Assembly (NCBI GenBank): GCA_043228905.1
Contig: JBHGNT010000020.1
Span: forward strand, 12,586,001 to 12,650,000
DNA from: Azolla caroliniana
Taxonomy: Eukaryota > Plantae > Polypodiophyta
Length of the DNA: 64,000 nt
Direction: 5' to 3'
The first letter of the stretch is position 1; the number at the start of each line of letters is the position of its first letter. Of this stretch, positions 1-12,157 are shown one piece after another. A program made the translations under genes and the position numbers. The notes below the pieces were generated by a model. The model was not told the DNA's origin. It saw only the letters and a program-made list of their open reading frames with translations, and made no database searches.

Positions 1-67
1 ATGTGCATGTGTATGTGTACGTGCATGCGTATGTGTATGTGGATGCGTATGCGTATGTGTATGCGTA

Positions 68-116
<49 letters not shown>

Positions 117-149
117 GGTATGTGGTTTGCGGTTTGTGGTATGTGGTAT

Positions 150-200
<51 letters not shown>
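1..200. repeat. Compound microsatellite (TGTATG)n then (TG)n
   Basis: Directly visible; the ORFs here (MCMCMC, VYVYVY) are repeat artefacts. Confidence 0.95.
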
Positions 201-203
<3 letters not shown>

Positions 204-850
204 GTGTATTGCCCCTAGAACAATGTGAACCCGCCACTCAAATATCTGTTGTAGCCTTAGGGTTGCTTGATTATCAAGGAAACGCTCTTAATCAACTTCG
301 AGTGCCTTAGGTAACGTCCAGATATCGTACCTTGGTACCATCCAAATTGAAGAGATTGAGATCGCGACCCTGTCTTGACAACTTTTTCACCTAAATCCGC
401 CCCTTCCAGCGTTTCGTGGATCGTCTCATACGTCGCACAGAATTCATCTCTTACACTCATAATTACATTTTGCTTTTTCTGGTCCGATTGTAAATTGAAT
501 TCATGTTTTGGATGTACATTCTTTAATCCTTAGGCAAAACAAAAACCTTACACTTGAGAGGAGAATGAAAAAAAATGTAACAATATTGTCATCTTCTCTT
601 GGTGCCTTATCTTACTCCAATATTGAAAAACAACTTCTATGATCAATATGCAAGTACAAATGCATGCCTGAATTTCTATATTGACTATACATTCATACTG
701 ATTATTCATATAACTTTTATTGACGTCAAAACATGTCAAATATTGCAAAGAACTTGCGTGATCCATGTTCATCTCCAAAAGGTATTGAATATGAGAAGTT
801 CTATGTTTTCAATTACACCATTGCATGCTTGAAAAAACCTACAACCTACA

Positions 851-890
<40 letters not shown>

Positions 891-907
891 AACCTACAAC
901 CTACAAG

Positions 908-1984
908 TTCTATGACTCCAAGCCGGTTGGAAATCATATTACCTTTCGGAGAACCAATGCAACCAAAGTGATACTTGTGGATGGGAAGTAAAACTAATGT
1001 TGTTCAATCCATGGTAACTCAAGTATTGCTTTATGGAGTAGAAGTATGGGGTGGCACCATCTCTCTTAATGCATGGAACGAGATTGAGAAAATTCAAAAG
1101 ATGTTTTTAAGGAGGCAATTAGGAGTTAAATGCACTACCTCTTACCAAGTTATGCTCTTGGAAATAGGTGTTTGACCCATAGAACTATTGCCACTCCAAA
1201 GAGTATATAAATACATTACAAAAGTCAAGAATATGTCGAATCATCGATTACCACATCTTGCTTGGAATGTTGGATGTAAGCTACAAAAGAGTCATAAAAG
1301 TAAGATTCTCTCATCTAGTTGGGTTGTTGACATAAGGAAATGGTTTAGAAGATGGGGTGTGGATGATCTTTTAGAGCTTTCGGGCAATGCTATGCGTATG
1401 TAATGATTGAGGAAAGGTTGGTGGAACCGTTAAGGATGAAGTGGGAGGATGCTAAGAGGACATAACTAGAATACTACATTGCAAATGTCAACCCTGAATG
1501 TTGGTCTCAATATAAAGCAAGAATGTCTATTGATCATATCCAACCTTATCTCATTACCAATATGACAAGTAATGCTCGTAGAGCCCTTACACTACTTCGC
1601 ACTCGATCTCACAAGTTAGGTATTGAAGTTGCATCATGGTATCAAAATGTAACGAATTTGAAGACATGTAAAGTATGCAATGAAGGCATGGTAGAGGATG
1701 AATGTTAGTTGCTCTTCACATGCTCTACATATAGTGCAATTCATTCAAGATATGCTGACATACTAAGAGGGAGTGATAACTTAAGTGCCATACTTAAGAC
1801 ACCACCTACAAGGTTGAGCTCATATGTGTATGTTTAACTAACACATAGAGACTTTGTGCTTCAACATATGAATATCCCTTCTTTGGAAGGAGACATATAT
1901 CAAGAACACATGTATACTCTGGTCCCATAGGTCAAAATTGGCCTCTTTATGGACGATTCTAATTCTAATTCTAATTCTAATTCT
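908..1984 (+). mobile_element. 5'-truncated LINE (3' ~1.07 kb), same family as 35477-39329, with (AATTCT)n tail
   Basis: Closely matches 38251-39329 (e.g. VTQVLLYGVEVWG, CKVCNEGMVEDEC); ends in (AATTCT)n; (CT)n lies on both sides; contains stops and frameshifts. Confidence 0.92.
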
Positions 1985-4021
1985 CTCTCTCTGTTTTTTT
2001 TGTTTTTTTCTTCATGTAAGATACAAAACCTACTTCGCATGATTGGATCACTTCCTATTGGGATTGCCATGTGTAGGATTGATGACTATGTAAGATTGAA
2101 AAAACAAAACCTCACATTGGCTTCCTAAAATCAAATGAGACGTAAAAAAGTTTAACGGAGGTACAAAAGAAAAACAATAAGCTCTAGACATACACAAGAT
2201 ATGCAAAAATTGTTTGTAGGATGGGATGCATAAAACTAGCTTCATGATGTCTCAATAGATTCCTTGTTGACTGAGCCTTTTTGGAACCACATGATAGATA
2301 GATAGATATATATATTTAACATCCATGGGAGACCGATTATAATCTATGATATGGACATTCTTCACACATCATATTATGTATGTTGCAATATATAGGCTAG
2401 GGCCAATCAACATGCTTGAAAGATGTAATAGCACTTTCATACGTTATCTCTTCAATGTGAGATGACACATTGGGAACAACAAGGAGACTTATTGAGAGTC
2501 CAATCTTTACCTTGCACAAGTTCAATGGCATGGCATCACACATATTATTATCCTCCAAAATTGATTTAGCCTAGATAGAGCCTATAAATCTAGACAACAT
2601 CATCCCTTTGACAATTTAGTCGAGTGACGAAAGGTGGGCATTATCAACCTTGCTTTATCCCTACATAGAATATTCTCTTGATACCTTCAATATTTGATAA
2701 ACACATGCAATTAATCTATCCATTTATTTTGATATATGTTTTCATCAAGAATTACCTCTAGTGTGTTTCTATTCGAGGCATTTATATTTAAACAAGATAA
2801 TATGATCACCTTTTAAGAATTATACCATGAACATTACAAACAACATCAAAGTTTTCTTTTAGCTCACCTACTAGATCAAGTCTCCCACAAGTGTTGATGG
2901 TTGTGTGAAGAAGGTATTGGATTGGTTGCCTCTCGCATAAAATATGCGACGAGAATGCATGAGACCAATCTAGTAGATGACTGATGATCCGGATGTCTAT
3001 GGCCCTCAATCTAATGATATAATGATTTCATGTAAAAGAAATTAAGTGGATTTTGGTTTTTGTTTTTATCATATAAGGAAATGAGATCATAAATATTCAT
3101 AAGATAAATTGACTTAGATGAAGTAACTTGTCCCAAGACTCCAACATACTTGAGAGCAAGCCAATACATTCTTCTAAAGAATTGACAAATTGACATTATC
3201 CAAACACTTACTCTCATCCATGCAAGTAATGAGGCCGAGTGCTTGGATACCGTTAAGCCCAATGTTTCAAGCTATAGAGTTTAGGGAAAAGGCATACACG
3301 TGTGAAAATGAAACATTAAGAATACTTCATGCATGTATAGTATGTATATTGACAGGTAGCGATCATACTTACTATGTTGCATTAGGCATCAAAGGCAATA
3401 AGTATTGATACAATAAATATCAACAATAAGATCATGTTCTAGAGCTCTACAACCTTTAGATGTTCTCTCCAATGGTATGATGTGTTGCACTATGTTATAA
3501 AGGTCATTTGTACAAAACCACCCACCAGGTCTGATGTAAAATTATGGCAAGTCTCCATTTATTCCTCCAATTGTAGGTAGTTAAGGACTACACTTGCAAA
3601 GATGTTGAGAGAACAATCTCAGCCATTTGCATTGTTTGTGAACACATGTATGGTAGGTACATGTGGACATCAAAAACCACCTCCCTCATGATAAGAATAA
3701 AATCACATTTGTGGTATGTAAAAGAGAATAATTGTTGTGTTCTATGTAAAGGATATCTCACACTCAAGTGATCACTCACCAAGACTAGTGAGAAGGTAGT
3801 TACAAGGTAATGTGAAGGTAGAGCTATGTAATCACCATGTCGTAAGTTCTTACGATTCTAGAATTGAGAATGGATTTATAGAGGACTCGCTAGAAAGACA
3901 AGGTGTTCTACTTTAATCATGAGATTGAGAAAGAAAATCTTCTCTAAATATGCCATGATGCATTTATGGTTATCTTGGAATGCTTCCACCATTAATTACC
4001 ACATTCACCAACCTTAGAAAA

Positions 4022-4240
4022 CTTTTCCAAGTTGGACCACCAAGCCTCGACTCTCCGGTTGGCATATGTGTGGTTTGTACACTAGCGTAGGAGTGAGTTT
4101 AAGAAAAGACATGAGCTACACATGGCAATGCTTTTCCAAGTTGGACCACTGAGCCCCGACTCTTACGTTGGCGTATGTGTGGTTTGTATACTAGCATGGG
4201 TGGGAATGAGTTTAAGAAAATACATGAGCCACACATGGCA
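4022..4240. repeat. Degenerate ~110-bp tandem duplication
   Basis: cttttccaagttggaccac...gagtttaagaaaa...cacatggcaa occurs twice in succession. Confidence 0.8.
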
Positions 4241-6399
4241 AAGGATTCTGTCTTATAATGTTCCTTTTTGCTCAAAATGGTCATTTACTTTTTGGCCTTT
4301 TGAACATATTAAATAATAGCATAATCATTGTCTCTATGTGATGTTAACTTTGGCACAACATTAATGAGACTAGCTTTCCAGAAATTAAGCACCTTACAAG
4401 TTACTACACACTTGGATGAGGGCCTTTGAGTTGTGTAACATAGGCATGGAAAATTCATGTGTAATTCCATTCCAACTCTAAGCTTGTAATAATATAAAGA
4501 TGCAAAAACACACATCCACCTCCTCTTCAATAAATACATCTTTTTCAAAGGTTCTTAGAACTTATGTTCATCCTTCACCTAGATTGATGCAATTAACATG
4601 GATAATACATGTCTCATGTGAAAGGCTGAATACAATTATCAATAATTATTTTAAGATTGCTCTTGAGATTATCATCAAACTCAAGATGCACCACATTGAA
4701 TCTTACATGGGAGGCATGTAACCAATAAAAGAATTTATGCAACTTACAATTATAAACATTTGGCTCCTACTTCATTCCTATTAAAAGAAATTGTTGATAA
4801 TTATGTAGAGGGTCCATTACTCATCCAATAGAGGTTGAGAGTTGGCAATGTCACATATATTTCCAGTAATACATCATTGGCGTGGACGGACATCACAACA
4901 CATTACATAAAAACAATCTCTCTTTATCCTCACATATCTAGCGCTTTATATGTCCCCTTCATATCTCTCGCATACATAGCTATCTAGCAAGCCTTCCTTC
5001 CTCTTTCAAAAAAGTAGTGCATATATTAAAAAATATAACAATACAAAAAACAATGGACAATGTTCCTACAATAGAGAGCATTTTATGGCAAGGTAAACCC
5101 TTTAAGGTGTCATAAGAATAATTGATATGAAGGCAACACCTTTAACGAAAAGTGGTCACAAAGCTCAATAATGAGAACTTCCTTTTAGCCTATGCACATG
5201 TTGGGGTGCTTCCTTTTAGCCTACACACACACAAATTTGAGTTCTATATGGATGTAAGATATGAAGTTATGGCTTGGAAGATGATATGCAATTGGATCAC
5301 GATATCTCAATAGATTCTTCAATGAACGAGTTTTAATTTTGAATGGTAATGTATTATGACTTAGATTAATTTGTGGAGGCTCACACTTCACAATTGATTT
5401 AATATATTCTCCACCGAATAACAAAACCATTTTCTACTTATGAATGTGCAAACCATACTCACCCATACATGCTAGAGTTTGTCCCTTTATGTTCACCATT
5501 TGCACAATTGCTTCCATACAAATTAGTTATATTCTCTTCAATGTGAGATGGGGCATTGGGATGTAAGAGAGGATGTTTTTTAGTATCATCCATATTTGCT
5601 TTCAACAAGTCTTGTGTGTGAGTATCCAAGAATGTTCACAAAAATTCTATTGAATCTCCGCAATCAATCTACTATAAATATACACATTTTAAGCACGAAC
5701 CTATTCCTACACATGTTTCTCTCAAGCACAAAGTGTACTCTTTCTCTCAAGCACAATGTGCACTCTCAATTGCAGCTTTATTAGTAAGATTCTTAAGAAT
5801 GGAGAGTTAGAAATAAACTCTACTCAAACAAAGTACACAATAACGTTTTGCTTTGATTTCCTTGGTAATATTTGACCTCCGAAGATGATAATAAAATATA
5901 TCCACCCATCACTTTCTCATTATGTTACATATTGCATCAAGTTGAATTTAAAACCATCTTTTTTATGGATGAACTAATTACACTAGCCCATTAATCCTTA
6001 AGCCCATCTCATTATCTACCATCAACACCCTCCCTTCCATACAATTTATCTCACATTCTCTTTGATGTGAGATGGGGTGTTGGGTCACCACCAATGAGAC
6101 TTATTGACTATGCATGTTTTCTCAAACAAAGTTGTGGGTATGACTATGATTCTCTATTGCAATGGTCCACTTTTAGATCATTGAAGCATGCTTTCCCAAC
6201 CTTTACAACTCTAACATATCCCTATGTGAATTTTCTTTTCAATTACGACGCACACTTTAAATTTCAAAGTTCATTGGTAAAATCTTGAGCATTGAAACTT
6301 ATTTACCAACTACAAACACACTACATGAAAAATCTCACACTTTGGTTCCATCCATATCTAGAAACATAAACATAACCCCCTCTCTTTGTTATATTGAAT

Positions 6400-6725
6400 G
6401 GTCTTACGGTAATACTAGGCTATCACAACAAAGGGTGAGTTTGAATATTTACTTTCAGCCACATAGAACGAATGATCTCACTATCTCCAAACTATTGATA
6501 CAACAATCTCAATTATGCTTCTGTTGGTGTTTCTCTATCACATACGTAACTTTCTCCGCATCCTAACTACCTCACTCCCTATCTCCCTCTTGTGTACAAT
6601 GTACATAGCCCCCTCTCTTTCATGATGACTGGATAAATACTCTATTGTTGTAAACCAATTGTCTCATGGGCCAAATTTGGCCTTAGAAGACGTTAATACA
6701 CCTTTCTTTCTTTCTTCTTTCTTTC
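6400..6725 (+). mobile_element. Probable decayed 3' end of a related LINE
   Basis: GTCTCATGGGCCAAATTTGGCCTTAGAAGAC (6661-6691) resembles the 3' hairpin of the LINEs at 1921 and 39267 and is followed by a (CTTT)n tract; the left boundary is uncertain. Confidence 0.4.
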
Positions 6726-9361
6726 AACTATATCTGATCAAGTAAAAAAGGTGAAGGTGACTTTATGGGGTAGCTAAGAACAAAAGATGATGCTCAAATT
6801 TCAAATGTGCTTGATGTTCACATTGTATTGTGCAAATTGATGCGGCCTAGTGTAGGAACATTGAAAATTTCAATGAACACTAATATATGGAGCTTGTATC
6901 AATGCGTACATTTAGCATTGCTAATTCTATATGTGGCTTAATTTATATAAACAATTAGGCATTGCCACAAGAGTTTGTCCATAGCAATGAAAAATAAGTT
7001 CAGGTGCATGGATTATGATTGTTTGTTCTGTCAATGTTGTTTATTTCACAAGTCATGTAACCATGAAATTGAAGGAGGCCATTTTGTATTTGTAATATGC
7101 TTAAACGGTCTCACTTAGGTAGTTTAGTTGTCCAAGTGGTATAACTTCAAAAATGAAGAGAACTAGTTTGTATTTTAATGATTATGTTTACTGGACAAAA
7201 AGGAATATTTTGTAACTTAGTACTTAGTTGCATATTTGAGTATGTTTAGTCCTTGGAACGGTTGAGGAAATCCTTTAAATAATTATAATATCATTGAAAT
7301 GTCTAGTCTTTATGCATTCTAAAAGTATCCTAACTTAATTGAAAGATTTATCTACTACTGTTTGTCTAAGCGCGTGACTCATTGTTGTCCATACTTTTCT
7401 TGATACATTGACAAGAACTTGCATTTTGACAAAGACTCTTCAACGATTATAAGAATGTTTCATTCATGCATAGATAAACATGTGTAGATTCTTCTTTTTG
7501 TAAATGGAAGATTATTTTCAGGGTCTTCAGTTATGGTGTACGATCATAGAATATTGTTAGTGCATGTACTATCCCCAAACATTGATAATATAACTAACAA
7601 ACTTTGGCAATGTTTCTAAGCTAGTGTAGACATTGTCAAAACAACTCTTCCATGTAGGTTGAGAATGTTATTGCTAGAATGTATGAATCATTTGGCATGC
7701 ATGGATAGGTTGTGTCATAGGCATCATTAGAATGAAGTATAGGTTATATTTGTATACATTCATGTGTATCTCAATGTGCATGTATATTTGTTTATAAGTA
7801 TAAATAATGGAACTTTTTAGTTAATCTATATGTGAGACAAACTCATGTCCGTGTTAAAGTGATTATGAAAAATGAAAAATGGCTTTCGACTCTTCACTTC
7901 ATTTCATATGTGTACATAACAATTCCTTGCTTTTAAGTATATCATAGTGATTGTATCTTGAATTAGTAGATATTTAGATGAATTGGACCTCATTAACTCT
8001 ATCTTAATCAGTTACTCAAGAGTTAAATATTTTATGAACCAATCTTATAATATAATTTAGTCCAACGTTACAGACCTTTTTATTTGAGGAATGACTTTCT
8101 AAGTTTCTAGCAATAAGCATTAAAATATATATGATAGACAAATTGTTGGAAGTCATTTTTCTACTCAATTATGTTCTCGAATTAATGGTTAAAAAATACA
8201 ACATGACGGGGGCATCGTAATTGCCTTACACGTACAACATAAGTCATCATAATAAATATTATTTATTTTCAAATTATTGCCATCTTCTTCATCCTAGTGG
8301 CCAGGTTCACGCATTCCAGCTCTCTATCATCCATTTTATCCCCCATTGCCATCTCAAAGTGCCAAATGTGACTATTCTCGAGAAGTTGTTTCCATGTACA
8401 TAGTGGCACGCTTCACGGAGTGTATGAAGGCAATATTTTGACCAAGGTAGGTGCTTTTCTAAAGGTTTGCTTTTACCCCCTTCCCATCACCACTATAGAA
8501 TGAAGTGTTTTTCATCAGTTACACATGCATTTTCATTTCTAGTAGAGAAAATTGGGATAGCTCATCCAATCAAAAAACTCTTGATAATTTGCTAAGCAAA
8601 GTGCCAAAAATGGATTGTTTCCTAATTACTAATAAGTGCTACGAATTTAAAGATCACCAACAAAGTTATTGTCTTTGTTCTTTTATTAGAAATGTCACCA
8701 TCTCCATAATATTCTTCCCTTTGTATTAGATTATTACCCTTAAGAGTTTTGGTCCCTAATGTAATGAACCTTTGAGAAAACAAGGAAAACGCGAGAAAAT
8801 AATGTGAAAATACATAAGAAATGTAAAAAAAGATCTACAAGATACTTAGTATATAAAATAATCTAGAACACAAACATGAAGGTAAGAAGGAACATTAAAC
8901 ATGTGCTTAGAAAACTAAAGATTGACATTGAGTTAGAATGATTCTATAACAACGAGGCATTGTTATATACAAGTCTCGACTCTTGAGTTCTAGACAAATG
9001 GTCAAGATCATCCCACCCCAAAGGATGACCATCTTTGTACATACCCATATGGTCATAAAAAACCTTGAATATTGTCCATATGGTTGTCACGCCATCCCCC
9101 TCCAATGATAACGATTTGATGTGTCTAGATTTCTCTAAGTAGTAGTGATGGAAGTTTGTAACTTTATTAGTAGATTTGGCTAACAAGGTCCTAAGTTTGG
9201 TTCCAAGGAGAATAACCTTGTGAATCCACAAATGTATAAAGATGCCATGAAAACTTGGACTTAAAAAGTTCTTGAGCTTCACATTCTACATGATCATCCA
9301 TCTCAATTAGAATTGGAGGTAGGGGTGCTCAATTTGGAAAGGGATTCACAACATACAGTTT

Positions 9362-9363
<2 letters not shown>

Positions 9364-9416
<53 letters not shown>
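9364..9416. repeat. (GA)n microsatellite
   Basis: Directly visible. Confidence 0.95.
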
Positions 9417-9420
<4 letters not shown>

Positions 9421-9894
9421 ATATCGAATGAAGATGAATTGATAGTAGAACTTCCAAATGAAAATCAACATTAATAACTTGCTTAATGATTTCATGTGGT
9501 AAGTACTAAGAAGTATTAACAATCAAGTTTGTTACAAAGATGAATCATCAACAATTCCTGAGGCAAGAGTTAACGAGGTCTTTTGTTTGTAAAAGGTGTC
9601 ACATCTTGACGATGTTAGTTAGCATAATGATGATAACATGTTTGGTCTTTGAAAGGTGTGGTTCAACCTAAGACGAGAGCATGCGACCTTTGTTGGATTG
9701 GGTCTCGACTCTCTACACCAAGATTGCCCCATTTCCTAGGACAATGAAGGCAAATTTGGGGGTGAGTGTTTGAGTAAGTAAAGAATGATATCTGGGACTT
9801 AGAATTGTGGGCATAATCATTGCAAGAAAGTTATTCTAAGGGTAGCCATTCATCCCAATCATTTTGCAGGTAAATGACGAAGCATAATAAATAC

Positions 9895-10069
9895 TAGCAA
9901 TGGGCCCGGTTCGGTTTCTTTGCCTTTATGAACTTTCAAGCCATTAAACCAAACAATTTAAGAAAAGTTAAACCAAACTATTTAAACCAAAACCGTTTAG
10001 GGAAAAGTTGAAACCAAACCGAGCCATTTAATAAAAAGTTTAAACTCAACCACATTTAATAAGCCAAAC

Positions 10070-10120
<51 letters not shown>

Positions 10121-10484
10121 ACAAAGAAAGAAAGAAAGGAAGAAAGAAAAGACTAAATTAAATAATTAAATAAATAAACATTAATTAAGCCATTAGATTA
10201 ATTAAACATTTAAGTTAAGTGAATTAAATCAATAAAAACATTAATTAAACCATTAAATTACATAAACATTTAAGGGATAAAAAAAGCTAGACCAAAAACC
10301 TATAAACCTTTAAATTAAACCACTTAAACCTATAAACCGAAAACCCCCAAATTTAGAACCAAACCGAACCGTTTATTAATAATTAAAACCAAACCAAACC
10401 ATTTAATTATTTTGGAACTTATAAACCTTTAAACCATGGCTTAAAGGTTCGGTTCGGTTTGAGCCGAAACTTGGCCCATTGCTA
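9895..10484. mobile_element. Non-autonomous hAT element / MITE (590 bp)
   Basis: 12-bp TIR TAGCAATGGGCC / GGCCCATTGCTA; 8-bp TSD ATAAATAC (9887-9894 and 10485-10492); many AAACC(G)/CGGTT subterminal motifs; internal (AATA)n. Confidence 0.92.
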
Positions 10485-10889
10485 ATAAATACTTCTCAGG
10501 TATTTTATTTGTATTTTCTAGTTCCCAATTAGTCTATTGACAATGTCTAGAAGATTGTGAACATTCCACATGCATGAGTTGTAGAAGTGGATTTGAGAAA
10601 TTGGTAACAAGTTTTAGACCCTATTCATTGAGAATGGTATATGGTTAGCCATGTAGTTGAACTATTTCTTAAAGAAAAAGATTAGTTGCTGCTTCAATGT
10701 TGGAGATGGAAGTGTTGCAAGGAACGAAATGTGCCATCTTGGAGAAGTGAATAAGAAGAAGAAGAAGGATGACTTCATGGACCCAAGAAGATGGGAGCAT
10801 GTCAATGGAATCCCATGGAATATTCTTTCAAGGACTAGTTGGGTTGGGTCAAGATTGAGGCAAATTACGTAAAGATATTTAGGAGTTTT

Positions 10890-11050
10890 TATAGGGAAAC
10901 AAGTGTCGCACGATTATCAAAAAGTCTTGACAATGTGGTAGAGACTTGGCCCCCAATATTCTTGAGCAATGAGTTCTAGAGTCTTGGCCATTCCAAATTG
11001 TCCAATGAGAGAGAAATTATGATAAGATTGTAGTTCTACTTTGAAGTTAA
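10890..11050 (-). pseudogene. Remnant of a Ty3/gypsy integrase zinc-binding region
   Basis: Minus-strand translation YHNFSLIGQFGMAKTLELIAQEYWGPSL resembles the H...GHFG..KT.ELI...YWWP motif. Confidence 0.5.
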
Positions 11051-12157
11051 GGAGCACCATTAGAAACACACAAGACATCATCCATGTAACCACATAAAAC
11101 ACACAAGACATCATCCATGTAACCACATATAGACTAAATGAATATACCGCAATCACATGATCTTCCATCAAGCTATTTTTCATGAATTTAATTTCTCCGA
11201 GCACTCTCTAAATCAATAATTGTATAATTGCCTCTAGTAGTATCATATTTCTTTTGATGAATTTCGAGTTTTCTTTGGGTGCTTTTGAGCACATCATTGT
11301 ACATTATTAGTATTTTTCATGTGAGTCATGTTAAAGTTTCCCATTACTTATATAAAGCATTGTTGAAGAAAATAAACTTGAAGATCGAAAAACTATAGAG
11401 GGGATCAAAATCTTGAAAAACTCATATCCCAATTTACATGAAATGTTTGTAAGTTTTTGTAGATATATTCATTGCTCGAGTTGCCAATTCCTTAATTTTG
11501 TATTGTCTCAAGAAAACATGCGAGTACTCCTAGCTTGTTTGCTTCTCACCATACTCACCCTATGTCTCCAAACAATTTCTAGAATACCTCTTTGTAGTAG
11601 CGGTAGAGACGGGTATTTTGCCATGAGTTTTCCGTTTTTTCTCTAGATTCTCCGATCTTCACCATATTTAGTGAAATGAGACTCATTAAATCCCCTCAAA
11701 GAGATTGCTCATAGAACACATCAATACAATAGGGAAATTAAGGGCGATGAGTCGCCCTTACAATTGCTCTAACAAAACACCGTATGAAATGGTATCGGAC
11801 ATGGGGTTGAGAAAGGGAAATATTTGTCATGGAAACAACATGGGTATTAAATGATTCTATAAGGTTTGTTTAATGCTTGATCCCCCCCCCCCCTTCTTCT
11901 TTTTTCATCACCTAAAGTCTCAATTAATTTAAAACCTTTCCACACTTTGGCACGTTGGGAAGGAACAATTATGTCTCATTATCTCACTAGTTACAATTAA
12001 TGACTTAACACTAATATTTCCCGACATTAATAAATTTGAAGAGAACCTATAGTAATCATTGATGGTTTGTTGCTTCTTAATGAATCATCCTTATTGAATA
12101 ATGTTATGAGTCTAATGTAGTAACTATTGATCCCGATCAATTCTCTTCAACAATATT

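Noticed and set aside
6950-8500. Possible decayed DNA-transposon transposase
   Set aside because: Only faint hAT-like peptide hints across broken frames; cannot be supported without a profile search.
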